Shown in pieces: positions 47,754 through 56,799 of a DNA stretch of 58,260 nucleotides. Each line of letters begins with the position of its first letter. The first letter of the stretch is position 1. This DNA comes from a virus. Taxonomy: Duplodnaviria; Caudoviricetes. Below the pieces are notes generated by a model. It made no database searches and had not been told where the DNA came from. It saw only the letters and a list, made by a program, of their open reading frames with translations. The stretch is from the IMG/VR virus record IMGVR_UViG_3300042344_000667, positions 1-58,260 of that record; one strand, given 5' to 3'. Made by a program: the position numbers and the translations under genes.

Positions 47754-50593
47754 TGAAAAACATAAAATCCAGTGACTGGGTGGCAGTAGCCGCTGCCCTT
47801 GGCGGACTTGATCGCCATCAGCTCAATGGCTCACCATCGAAGTGCCCTCTCTGCGGCACTGACGACTCCTTTATTTTTGATAGCGAAACCGGATACTGGC
47901 AATGCTCGGGTCCGCACCCCGACTTCGGTCGCTGTAGCGGTATTCGTCACGATGGCGGGCCTGATGTCCTTTCTAATTTTCTTGCTCGATTACTGAAAAC
48001 AACTCCTATTGAACAAGACCAAAACATTGAAGCCTTTATTGCTTCTATGAAGATTGACTTTGAGCAGTCAAGAGCATTTGTCAAAGCCCTGCAAAAACCG
48101 CCAACATCCATCAGACTTCGCGGTTTCTACGACAAAACAGACCCACGCAAATCAGAGGACAAAGGCGCCAAAGGAGCAGCTTCAAAGGAGTTGGTACAAG
48201 CATGGGTTGCTGACCGTCGCGGTGTTTACGTAGTAGTCAACGATGGAGGTGACAAAGACGCCGAAATCACCAATTGCCGCTCTTTCTTTTGCGAATGGGA
48301 CAATAAGCCTAAGGACTGGCAGGTAACTGCTTGGCAGGAACTTGAACTTCCAGAACCTACAATCCAGGTCGACACTGGCGGTAAATCAATCCACAACTAT
48401 TGGGTACTGGCAGAGTCAATCGCCCCAGATGCTTGGCGTGACATCCAAACACGTCTTCTTGAGTTTGCAGACGCCGATCGTTCGCTGAAGAACCCTTCTC
48501 GGGTGATGCGCCTACCAGGCACTCCACACCCCGCAACTGGAGAAGTGTGTCAAATAATCCACGCATCTGATAAAATTTACCTCGCAAGCGATATATCAAA
48601 ACTGCTACCTCTTACAGAGCAAATCAAACAACAAGAGGCGGCATCGAAATCTTCATACACCCCTCAAGATATATCTGAAATTAAAAAAGCTTTATCTTTT
48701 ATCGCGCCGCGCATCCCAGGCGGTGAAACCTATTTCTTTTATCGCAATCTTCTCTGGGGACTTGTCAAGGCAGTTGAAGAAGCTGGCAGCACCCTCGATG
48801 AAGCCGTCGCAATCATGGAGGCTCATTCACCTCAATGGAAGGGCATTCGTCAAATCGCAACATCAGGTGGTGACAAAATCAACCCCGGCACCTTCTGGTA
48901 TCACTGCATCCAAAACGGCTACAAACAACCCAAGCGTACCGTCGCACCTCCACCTCAAATAGCCCAGCAGGTCACTACCCCAACTTCAGATTTCCCCTTC
49001 CGCCTCCTTGGCTTTGATCGCACTACTTTTTACTATCTTCCAAAATCTTCTGCTCAAGTAATATCGATTACTGCCGCTCAACACAACAAAAACTACTTCT
49101 ACCTTCTCGCTGAATTGGAATGGTGGGCGCATGGTTTTTCGGCCGAAAACGGGCGCATAGACTGGGATTCTGCTCAAGATGCCATCATCAGCGCCTCCAT
49201 CGCTCAAGGCGTTTATGATCCATCCCGCATCCGTGGCCGTGGTGCATGGACCGATGCTGAACGTGTCATCTTTCACCTAGGCAATCGCTTAATCGTTGAT
49301 GGCAAATCGCATCCGATTACTAATCTCCCGGCCAGTTTTGAAAGCTATTACTTCTACGAACACGCCAAAGCAATCGACGGCCCCGGCTCTGAACCTTTAT
49401 CTGATAATGCCGCTCGCGAAATATCAAACATTGCTGAACGCTTCCGCTGGGAAACACCCGCATCCGCTCAGCTCCTTCTTGGCTGGATTGTTCTCGCACC
49501 TGCATGCGGCGCCCTTAACTGGCGTCCGCACATCTGGATCACAGGTGGCGCGGGCACTGGCAAGACCACCATCCTCAAGCAGTTCATGAAGCCACTCCTC
49601 GGCGGCATGTACGAAGGCGCTACCGGCGGCACCACTGAAGCTGGCTTGCGCGGTCAGCTCCGTTCAGACGCCATCCCTGTCGTTTTTGATGAGCTTGAGC
49701 AGAACGAACAGAAGGACAAGCAGATCGTTCAGAACATCCTTGCTCTCGCTCGCATCGCCTCATCTGAAGGCGGAAAGATCTATAAGGGCACCGCGACCGG
49801 CGGATCCAACACCTTTGAGATCCGCTCCATGTTCTGCGTCTCTTCCATCAACGTCGCTTTGGTGCAGCGGGCTGACCTGGATCGCTTTTGCGTTCTAGCC
49901 CTCCGTAAAGACGAAATGGAGCGCGACGACTGGACCTGCTTCGAGCAGGCCATCCTCGACACCTGTACTGAAGAGAACGGTCGCCGTTTAATCGCGCGCA
50001 CCCTTAAGCACATCCCATCCATTCGCAAGAACGCCAAGACCCTCGCCACTGCCCTCTCGCGGCGGTTTGGCCAGCGTTTTGGTGATCAATACGGAACGCT
50101 CCTTGCCGGCGCGTGGAGTCTGGAGCCAAACGGCGGGGGGGAGCTGTCGCTGGAACACGCGCTCCAATGGATTGATCAGATGGATTGGGAGTCGCGCGAG
50201 ATCGACGGCAACGACGCTGACGAGACCAAGTGCCTCAACCACATCCTTCAGCACCTGCTGCAGGTTGAGGGTGGCAAGCGCATGAGCGTGATCGAGCTAA
50301 TCGGACTCGCCAGGCGTGGTGTGATGTTTGCATTGCCTGGCCGCGATCAGCCGTCTGACGAGGTGGAGACGATCCTTGGTCGCTATGGCTTGCGCGTAAT
50401 GGATGGGGAACTAGCCATCGCAAATAACAGCACAAACCTGCAGGCAATCTTGCGCGAGACGCCGTGGGCTGGGACGGCCTATCGGCAGGCGCTAAGGAGG
50501 GTGCGAGGAGCGTCTGCAAGCGGCGCAGGAATTCGTTTTAAGGGCATGGGGGTGTCACGGGCGACCCTTGTGCCACTCGAGCGATTGGAATAG
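47753..50593 (+). CDS. Primase-helicase: Zn ribbon, RepB-type primase, PriCT-like domain, P-loop helicase
   Basis: CPLCG..D; VDTGGKSIHNYW and KNPSRVMRLPG; GGAGTGKTT and VFDELE. Confidence 0.88.
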   Translation: MKNIKSSDWVAVAAALGGLDRHQLNGSPSKCPLCGTDDSFIFDSETGYWQCSGPHPDFGRCSGIRHDGGPDVLSNFLARLLKTTPIEQDQNIEAFIASMKIDFEQSRAFVKALQKPPTSIRLRGFYDKTDPRKSEDKGAKGAASKELVQAWVADRRGVYVVVNDGGDKDAEITNCRSFFCEWDNKPKDWQVTAWQELELPEPTIQVDTGGKSIHNYWVLAESIAPDAWRDIQTRLLEFADADRSLKNPSRVMRLPGTPHPATGEVCQIIHASDKIYLASDISKLLPLTEQIKQQEAASKSSYTPQDISEIKKALSFIAPRIPGGETYFFYRNLLWGLVKAVEEAGSTLDEAVAIMEAHSPQWKGIRQIATSGGDKINPGTFWYHCIQNGYKQPKRTVAPPPQIAQQVTTPTSDFPFRLLGFDRTTFYYLPKSSAQVISITAAQHNKNYFYLLAELEWWAHGFSAENGRIDWDSAQDAIISASIAQGVYDPSRIRGRGAWTDAERVIFHLGNRLIVDGKSHPITNLPASFESYYFYEHAKAIDGPGSEPLSDNAAREISNIAERFRWETPASAQLLLGWIVLAPACGALNWRPHIWITGGAGTGKTTILKQFMKPLLGGMYEGATGGTTEAGLRGQLRSDAIPVVFDELEQNEQKDKQIVQNILALARIASSEGGKIYKGTATGGSNTFEIRSMFCVSSINVALVQRADLDRFCVLALRKDEMERDDWTCFEQAILDTCTEENGRRLIARTLKHIPSIRKNAKTLATALSRRFGQRFGDQYGTLLAGAWSLEPNGGGELSLEHALQWIDQMDWESREIDGNDADETKCLNHILQHLLQVEGGKRMSVIELIGLARRGVMFALPGRDQPSDEVETILGRYGLRVMDGELAIANNSTNLQAILRETPWAGTAYRQALRRVRGASASGAGIRFKGMGVSRATLVPLERLE

Positions 50594-50640
50594 GACTAGT
50601 CTCATGCGAGTCTCAAATGAGACAAATGGGACCGGCAAAG

Positions 50641-50892
50641 CGTAACGCTGTTACGGATGCTGTAACGCCGAGATCCCTTGCACCGCAAGGGTTGTTACGC
50701 TTTTACGCCTTGTTACGCTTTTCCACGGAACACCCCTATAAACACCCCCCTATATATATAATGTTGCGTATAAATACCCCCCTCTTCTTCTTCTTATCTT
50801 CCTATATAGAGATATGTGTTACAACGTTACAACCCTTGCGCTGGAAGGGATCTCGGCGTTACGGTCCCCGTAACAGGGCGTAACAGCGTTAC
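50641..50892. repeat. Long imperfect inverted repeat around an AT-rich core; putative replication origin
   Basis: 50641-50699 pairs with 50825-50892 (e.g. GTAACGCCGAGATCCCTT / AAGGGATCTCGGCGTTAC); many GTAAC/GTTAC; core with TATATATATAA. Confidence 0.7.
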
Positions 50893-50987
50893 AAGCCCCT
50901 TTGGGCACTGGAAATGGGCTCCCCCCCCCACAACCGGAGAAGCCGCGCGCGCAGTCCGTGGCCGGAATTCCCGCCTACGCTCAAGCC

Positions 50988-51716
50988 ATGGCCCGCTCCA
51001 TCGAATTCGACGCCGAAAAGCTGATCGGGAGCATCGACGCCTTGCGCGGTGCTCAGCTTCCATTCGCTGGTAACCGCGCCCTGCAGCAGCTCGGTTTTCA
51101 GCTCAGGCAGGACCTGCAGCGTGAGATGCGCGACAAGTTCGAGAACCCGGTGCCGTTCACGCTCTCTAGCCCGCGTTATCGGGTGGATGGGCTCGAGCTG
51201 ACGGTGTCGATTTCGAAGGACGGGGCGAAGGGGCAGGATCCGGCGCGGTATTTGTTCCCGGTGACTGCTGAGGGGGGCGGGGCTGGTGGCGGGAAGCCTG
51301 CGTACATCACACGCTTCACTAGGGCCGTGCGAGCGCTTGGTGTGGTGGATGCGAGCTACTACGCGATTCCGTTCCTGAAGGGTCGTGGCGTGCGGGTGAA
51401 CGCCTACGGGAACATGTCGCCTGGCCAGTATCAGCAGGTGCTGCAGGGGCTGAAGACGGGCATGGGCGCGGGCAGGCAGGGGTCGCAATGGCGGTACTTC
51501 TCGGTGCCGGATGGTCGAGGTGGCGGTCGCAACACGGGTCGGTTGAAGCCGGGCATCTACCGAGCGAAGTCGAACGACGTGCAGCTCCTGTTCACGTATG
51601 CGCGCAGGCAACCGACAGTGCCGGTGCTGTTTGATTTCGAGGGTGTGGTGGCTCGTCGTTCGCAGGAGCTGCTGCCGTCGCTGCTGTCGCGGGCGCTTGA
51701 CAACGCGCTGAAATAG
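50988..51716 (+). CDS. Putative neck/tail-completion protein (gpZ/HK97 gp10-like)
   Basis: QLPFA..RAL...FENPVPFTL, NAYGNM, FDF motifs. Confidence 0.5.
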   Translation: MARSIEFDAEKLIGSIDALRGAQLPFAGNRALQQLGFQLRQDLQREMRDKFENPVPFTLSSPRYRVDGLELTVSISKDGAKGQDPARYLFPVTAEGGGAGGGKPAYITRFTRAVRALGVVDASYYAIPFLKGRGVRVNAYGNMSPGQYQQVLQGLKTGMGAGRQGSQWRYFSVPDGRGGGRNTGRLKPGIYRAKSNDVQLLFTYARRQPTVPVLFDFEGVVARRSQELLPSLLSRALDNALK

Positions 51717-51726
51717 GTGCCATAAT
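51697..51726 (+). promoter_or_regulatory. Sigma70-type promoter
   Basis: TTGACA-18 nt-CATAAT upstream of the ligase-like gene. Confidence 0.6.
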
Positions 51727-51750
51727 TCGTGGCGTTATCGCTTACCGGTT

Positions 51751-52473
51751 ATGTCGGTTGATTCGTTGAGGAAGCAGGTGCGGCAGGCAGACGCGGCTTA
51801 CAGGGCCGGCCAGGCGCTGATGACCGATGCCGAGTTCGATGCGCTGTGTGCAGAGCTGCGCGTGGTGGCACCGATGGCGCCAGAGCTGCAGCAGCCAGGC
51901 GGTGGTACGGCGCTGTTGTCGCTCGATAACGGCCTGCTCGAGGATTGGTGGCCTGGTGTGCCGGTGTTGGTGCAGCCGAAGATCGACGGCGCTGCAGTGG
52001 CGCTGCGCTACGAGCGTGGTGTGCTTGCTGCGGCGTGGACACGGAGCGGCCGCGATTGCATGGCGGTGGTGCAGGGGCTGGTGCCTGCGCGGCTGCCTGT
52101 GAGTGATGTGTTGGAGGTGCGCGGTGAGCTGTGGGGGCACGATGGCCGCCAGAGCACGCCAGCGACGGCTCTGAGGCGCATGAAGGGTGGTTCAGGTGGT
52201 TTGGGCTTCATCGCATACGGAGGCGCCTTCCAGGAGCGCACAGAGATCGATGCGATGGCGTTGATCGGCGACCTGGGTTTCGACGTGGTCGATTCACTGC
52301 TCACCACCCGCATCGATGAGGTGCAGGGGCTGCATGCGAAGTGGAAGGCAGGGAGGCTGTGGAATCGCCCGTGGGGTACCGATGGCGTGGTGGTGAAGGT
52401 GGTCTGCCGTGAGCTGCAGCGCGAAATGGGCGAGACCGGCCGCGCACCTCGGTGGGCGCTGGCCGTTAAGTGA
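51751..52473 (+). CDS. Truncated NAD-dependent DNA ligase (domain Ia plus adenylation domain only)
   Basis: AY..G...MTDAEFDAL, LLSLDN, QPKIDG, EVRGE, TDGVVVKV, PRWALAVK then stop. Confidence 0.85.
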   Translation: MSVDSLRKQVRQADAAYRAGQALMTDAEFDALCAELRVVAPMAPELQQPGGGTALLSLDNGLLEDWWPGVPVLVQPKIDGAAVALRYERGVLAAAWTRSGRDCMAVVQGLVPARLPVSDVLEVRGELWGHDGRQSTPATALRRMKGGSGGLGFIAYGGAFQERTEIDAMALIGDLGFDVVDSLLTTRIDEVQGLHAKWKAGRLWNRPWGTDGVVVKVVCRELQREMGETGRAPRWALAVK

Positions 52474-52503
52474 TCGCTTTGTTTAACTCTTATTTTTTTA
52501 ATC

Positions 52504-52833
52504 ATGAAACGCACAGTGATTTTTTTTGCCGCAATTCTTCAGCAGTTGGTGCCTGCGCCAGCAGATGCACGGCCAGTGACTGCAACGGTTTACGACGGTT
52601 GGTATCACGGTCGCACTGAATATTGCGGCGGCACATATCAACACTGGGGAATTTCAGCAGCGCATCCATGGCTGCCGTGTAACACGCGGGTGACGGTGCG
52701 ACACCGAGGGCGCGTGCTCGTCGTGCCGATCCGTGACAGGTGCGATTGCAATTCGATCGATCTCAGTGCTGGTGCTGCACATCGCCTTGGTGTGCCGCTG
52801 GATGGCATCGCGACAGTGCAGATCTCATATTGA
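52504..52833 (+). CDS. RlpA-like double-psi beta-barrel protein with signal peptide
   Basis: YHGR...AAHPWLP..TRVTV...IRDR...IDLS.GAA..LG. Confidence 0.8.
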   Translation: MKRTVIFFAAILQQLVPAPADARPVTATVYDGWYHGRTEYCGGTYQHWGISAAHPWLPCNTRVTVRHRGRVLVVPIRDRCDCNSIDLSAGAAHRLGVPLDGIATVQISY

Positions 52834-52871
52834 GACTCACTGCGCCGGAAGGAATCTCATCTGTCTCAACT

Positions 52872-53288
52872 ATGAAGCTCATCACCCGTCACACCCGCGC
52901 TCCACGCGCTGGCGCCTTCATTCGCTGCCCTTACTGTCAAGAGGTATCGCTTGTGCATCACTTCTGCTGGAGCGCGCTCACTTGCGCGCATTGTTCGGAG
53001 TCGGTCTCGAAGCCGAGTTGGGCTTACTGCGATCGCACCGAGGTGGATCCGCTCACGATCCTGCAGCTCGGCTCACCCGTCACTCTCCGCGATGACGACG
53101 AGTGGGCATCGTGGTTGCCTGATGGCGATCGCGTGATCTCGATGTACGGCACTGGCGGTCATGTATCGCACAGCCGCAATCGAATGGAAGGCCGCATCCA
53201 GATCTCGCGTGAGGTTGCGTTGCGGCAGGTTCAGACACATCTTGAATACGGCTGGAAGATGGACACACGCGGCAAGGGGCTGATCTGA
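52872..53288 (+). CDS. Zinc-finger hypothetical protein
   Basis: CPYC...HFCWSALTCAHC. Confidence 0.6.
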   Translation: MKLITRHTRAPRAGAFIRCPYCQEVSLVHHFCWSALTCAHCSESVSKPSWAYCDRTEVDPLTILQLGSPVTLRDDDEWASWLPDGDRVISMYGTGGHVSHSRNRMEGRIQISREVALRQVQTHLEYGWKMDTRGKGLI

Positions 53289-53554
53289 TGAGTACTGGAT
53301 CTCGTTCGCTGCGGCTTGCTGATCAGCTTGCGCGTCAGCCGTATGTATGGCCCGGTGGCTACCCGCTGCATGGTGTCACCGACGATGGTGGCGTGATCTG
53401 TCGTATCTGCGCTGTTGATGAACGTGAATCAATCGCGTTGACTGACGGGCGTGATGGATGGTGCTTGATTTCGCTTCGGGTGAACTGGGAAGACCCGGAG
53501 CTGCGATGTGATTGCTGTGGGCGGGTTGTGGAGGCAGCGTATGAAGACGATTGA
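53288..53554 (+). CDS. Cys-containing hypothetical protein
   Basis: YVWPGGYP, DGGVICRIC, NWED..LRCDCCG...EAAY. Confidence 0.65.
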   Translation: MSTGSRSLRLADQLARQPYVWPGGYPLHGVTDDGGVICRICAVDERESIALTDGRDGWCLISLRVNWEDPELRCDCCGRVVEAAYEDD

Positions 53555-53954
53555 AAAGGACAGGGACCCGCTGTGTGTCGGTTTTTATTGCTTTCTTGCG
53601 CAGCCAAAAAAATTTAGGAACCCTGGAGGTTCGGTTTTTATAGGGGTATTTTTACTTTTATTTACATACACATTCCGATCCGTTTTTACCCCCTTCCGCC
53701 CAGCCGCAGCGAGAGACGCGGGATTGCGCCGCCAAAAAACACACCCCTATTATATATAGATAGTGCTGCATGGTTTGCAACAGCATGCAAGTGCGATTGC
53801 AGGAGAGGTGTAGCGAACCGCGTGGAGGGTTGGCTACATCGCAATCGCGATTGCAGGCGCCGGCATGCACGGGCGCAGAGAGTTAGCAACACAAACTCGC
53901 GGTGAGTTTGCATCGGTTACTGCTGCGCGGTTGGTATTTGCAATTTGCGCCGGC

Positions 53955-54214
53955 TTGGTGAAGCTCACTACCCCGTGGGGTTGGTGAAGCTCACTACCCC
54001 GTGGGGTTGGTGAAGCTCACTACCCCGTGGGGTTGGTGAAGCTCACTACCCCGTGGGGTTGGTGAAGCTCACTACCCCGTGGGGTTGGAGATGCTCACTA
54101 CCCCGTGGGGTTGGTGAAGCTCACTACCCCGTGGGGTTGGTGAAGCTCACTACCCCGTGGGGTTGGTGAAGCTCACTACCCCGTGGGGTTGGTGAAGCTC
54201 ACTACCCCGTGGGG
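53955..54214. repeat. Tandem array of 10 x 26 bp (TTGGTGAAGCTCACTACCCCGTGGGG)
   Basis: Nine exact copies; copy 6 (54085-54110) has two substitutions (TTGGAGATGCTC...); no spacers. Confidence 0.97.
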
Positions 54215-54412
54215 TGAGTTAGCTACCGCTACCCGTGCGGGTTTGGGTTGCTAACTGCGCGCGGGTTGCTGATGCGATCGCGCGGCGGGGTTGCTGATGC
54301 AAACCCGAGGCCGCCCGCTGATGGGGTGACCTGTGCCGAGGGTGGCCCGGGTGGCTGTGCCGGGAGCAACCCGGCCGGGTGGGCCGGTGGCACCCTCGCT
54401 ATGGGGTGTGGG

Positions 54413-54442
54413 TTGCCAGGTGGGCGGGGGCGGCTATATAAA
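54413..54442 (+). promoter_or_regulatory. Sigma70-type promoter for the terminal module
   Basis: TTGCCA at 54413 followed by TATATAAA at 54435, in otherwise very GC-rich DNA. Confidence 0.5.
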
Positions 54443-54467
54443 GGGTGGGCGTTATCGCTTATCTCTT

Positions 54468-55418
54468 ATGTCGACCTTGATTCCTGCCGATCAGGCCCTC
54501 GCGATCCTGCGCGCTGCGGGCGTGAACGCTGCTAAGAGCCCCGCGCGCGGGCGCTGCCGCACCCTTTGCTATCTGGTGGGCGGTCAATACGTGAACCTCG
54601 GCCGACTGCGGGAGCTCGCCCGGGAGGCTCAGGCCGCCCAGGCTGAGCCCGCCCGGGTGGTGGCTGAGCCTGAGGCTGAGGCTGTCGCCCACCTGTGCCG
54701 CAAGTTCCCCATCAGCACCCCCGCCACCTGGATCCCTGCTGTCGCCCGCCTGCAGGCCCGGGGTGCGGCTGTGACCGTGGGCGCAATCCTGCGGGAGACT
54801 GAGCGCCCTGCCCCTGTGCTGCCGGGTGAGGCCCGCCCCGGTGCTGCCCCTGAGCCCCTCGCCCAGGTGGAAGTCGACCCTTACAAGCGGGGTGAGTGGC
54901 AGCGCACAGGTATTGGCCCCGATCCTGTGGCCGTTGCTGAGCGCAGGGCGGCCAGGTGGGCTGAGCGCAACCCAGAGCACTCTTATCGAGTTGTGGTTGT
55001 GGCCCCACGTCCGGTGCTGCCGGGTGAGACTGAGCCCCCGGCCCCTGTTGCGCAGGATGGCCCGGCCCCTGATCTGCCGAACCTGGCCACCCCCGCGCCC
55101 ACGGGTGACGGCTGGGCGGGGCAGCCGTGGGACCCCGGCACCCCTGAGGCCCGCGCGCGGGTGGCGCAGCAGGGTGAGCGGGTGGCAACCCTGTGGCCCA
55201 TCGCCCAGGCTGTTAAGGGTGCGGGGTTTGATCTGCCGCCCGTGTGGTGGGCTGATGGCCCGATCCTGGCTGGTGAGCGAACCTATGGGGAGGCCCTGGC
55301 TGCGCTGCCCCTGGGCGCAATTGCGGCAGCCGCTGCCGCCCTGGCTGCGCTGCCGCCCGTTACGGCTGCGCAGGATCGGGCGCTCAGGCTGTGTCGGGGT
55401 GACCTGGCCGCAGTGTGA
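54468..55418 (+). CDS. Ala/Pro-rich hypothetical protein
   Basis: Long ORF; ATG at 54468 follows the conserved leader; internal PVLPGE repeat. Confidence 0.6.
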   Translation: MSTLIPADQALAILRAAGVNAAKSPARGRCRTLCYLVGGQYVNLGRLRELAREAQAAQAEPARVVAEPEAEAVAHLCRKFPISTPATWIPAVARLQARGAAVTVGAILRETERPAPVLPGEARPGAAPEPLAQVEVDPYKRGEWQRTGIGPDPVAVAERRAARWAERNPEHSYRVVVVAPRPVLPGETEPPAPVAQDGPAPDLPNLATPAPTGDGWAGQPWDPGTPEARARVAQQGERVATLWPIAQAVKGAGFDLPPVWWADGPILAGERTYGEALAALPLGAIAAAAAALAALPPVTAAQDRALRLCRGDLAAV

Positions 55419-55522
55419 CAATTGCGCAGCCTTGCCACCCGGTAGGGGCTGCGCTGCTCACCTGGCCCCATAGTGGGTCTGCGCCCGCAGGGCGCCCCTT
55501 TATCTCTTACCTGTTGCCTCTG

Positions 55523-55690
55523 ATGTTGAACCGTTCCGCCGCTGCCGCCCTCGCTGCAGGCCTTGCTTTCGGATCCTGTGCCCTGGCTGTTTGCCTGACT
55601 GCGGGGATTAATCAGGCCCTGGCCCTGGCCGCATGCCGGGAGGATGCCGCCTTGGCCCGTATCTCTGCTGATCACTGCGCCCTGCGCTGA
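55523..55690 (+). CDS. Small membrane or secreted protein
   Basis: MLNRSAAAALAAGLAFGSCALAVCLTAG; preceded by TTATCTCTTACCTGTT. Confidence 0.5.
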   Translation: MLNRSAAAALAAGLAFGSCALAVCLTAGINQALALAACREDAALARISADHCALR

Positions 55691-55727
55691 TTCTCCCGCC
55701 TCTCTTATCTCTTACTTGTTAACTGCC

Positions 55728-56465
55728 ATGCAAACCCTTTCTCACCCTTACGATCCCGCCGCCCTAACTGCCCTCGGATGCGACAGGGTGGCCACTGATG
55801 TTGCCCACGGCCCCGTGGTGAGCTCCCGCGCGGCTGTCGTTGTCCGCTACGGCTGCGATTCTCAGGGCCGGGGCCAGTGGGTCGCGACCCTTAAGCGCAG
55901 TTCTCGCGACAGGGCCGCCCGGCTGGCCGTACCTGCCGCCGATGGCCCGGATGCGGCAGCCGCTGCCCTTCTAAAACGGCAGGGCCTGCCATGGCGCGCC
56001 CTGCCCGCTGTGGGCTCACTTGACGGGGGCGAGTCCTATGCGTACGTAACGGCCCTCACCCCCAGCGAGGGCGAGGCCCTGGCCCATGGCGCCCAGGCGA
56101 TACAGGCCCTGGCCGCATGCCGGGAGTTGGTGGCGGCCTGTGCTGCCGGGGCTGATGCTGAGGCCCTGGCCCTGCCGCTGATGCTGGCCAGGATGGCCAC
56201 CGGGCAGGAGAGGGGCGCGCGCCCAGTGGTTGCTGGGTTCGCCCTGATGCGTTACGGGGTTGAGGTTAGGGGCATCCTGGGCGAGGCCCTTTTCACCCTG
56301 CCCGATACCTACAGCCCCGCCCACGTCTTGGCCTGCGCTGAGGTTGCCGGCTGGCTTTTGACCGCTGAGATGCGGGCGGTAGCCGCCCGGCATCGTGAGG
56401 TTTGCGCATCTGAGCCTCACCCGGACGGGGTGGCGATCGCGCGGGCTGCCCGGGGGGTGGCCTGA
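55728..56465 (+). CDS. Hypothetical protein
   Basis: ATG follows the TTATCTCTTACTTGTT leader. Confidence 0.6.
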   Translation: MQTLSHPYDPAALTALGCDRVATDVAHGPVVSSRAAVVVRYGCDSQGRGQWVATLKRSSRDRAARLAVPAADGPDAAAAALLKRQGLPWRALPAVGSLDGGESYAYVTALTPSEGEALAHGAQAIQALAACRELVAACAAGADAEALALPLMLARMATGQERGARPVVAGFALMRYGVEVRGILGEALFTLPDTYSPAHVLACAEVAGWLLTAEMRAVAARHREVCASEPHPDGVAIARAARGVA

Positions 56466-56716
56466 TGGCACGCCAGCACAGGATCCAGCCCGGCGATCGG
56501 GTGCGTTACAGCTCCACCTTCTGTCAGCAGATGGGGGCGGTTACCGGCTGGCTCCCACAGGCCCGGGGTGTGGTGGTGGCCCTGTGGGGTGGCGGCCAGG
56601 ATCTGGCCCGTATCCGTTGGGATCACCACCCGGATGGCCCGGGCACCCTGGGCGGCGCCCACGTGGAGAACCTCCAGCGCCAAACCCCTGACGGCAGGTG
56701 GGCGCCCCGCCGCTGA
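56465..56716 (+). CDS. Small SH3/KOW-like protein
   Basis: IQPGDRVRY...GVVV...ARIRWD...VENL; TGATG coupling. Confidence 0.55.
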   Translation: MARQHRIQPGDRVRYSSTFCQQMGAVTGWLPQARGVVVALWGGGQDLARIRWDHHPDGPGTLGGAHVENLQRQTPDGRWAPRR

Positions 56717-56799
56717 TGGCCACCCGGTGCCCTGCCCCTGCCCGGGGTGGGCACCCTGTGGCCCTCGCCCGGCCTCTTACCTATTACCTGTTACCTCAA

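Noticed and set aside
32500-50600. Lysogeny module (integrase, CI repressor, ParAB)
   Set aside because: No tyrosine or serine recombinase, LexA-type repressor or ParA motif found; lifestyle left undetermined
53955-54214. CRISPR array
   Set aside because: Units are directly adjacent with no unique spacers, and there are no cas genes
54459-55421. Long antisense and alternative-frame ORFs in the GC-rich module
   Set aside because: Expected from stop-codon scarcity at high GC; leaders, promoter and terminator all point to the + strand genes
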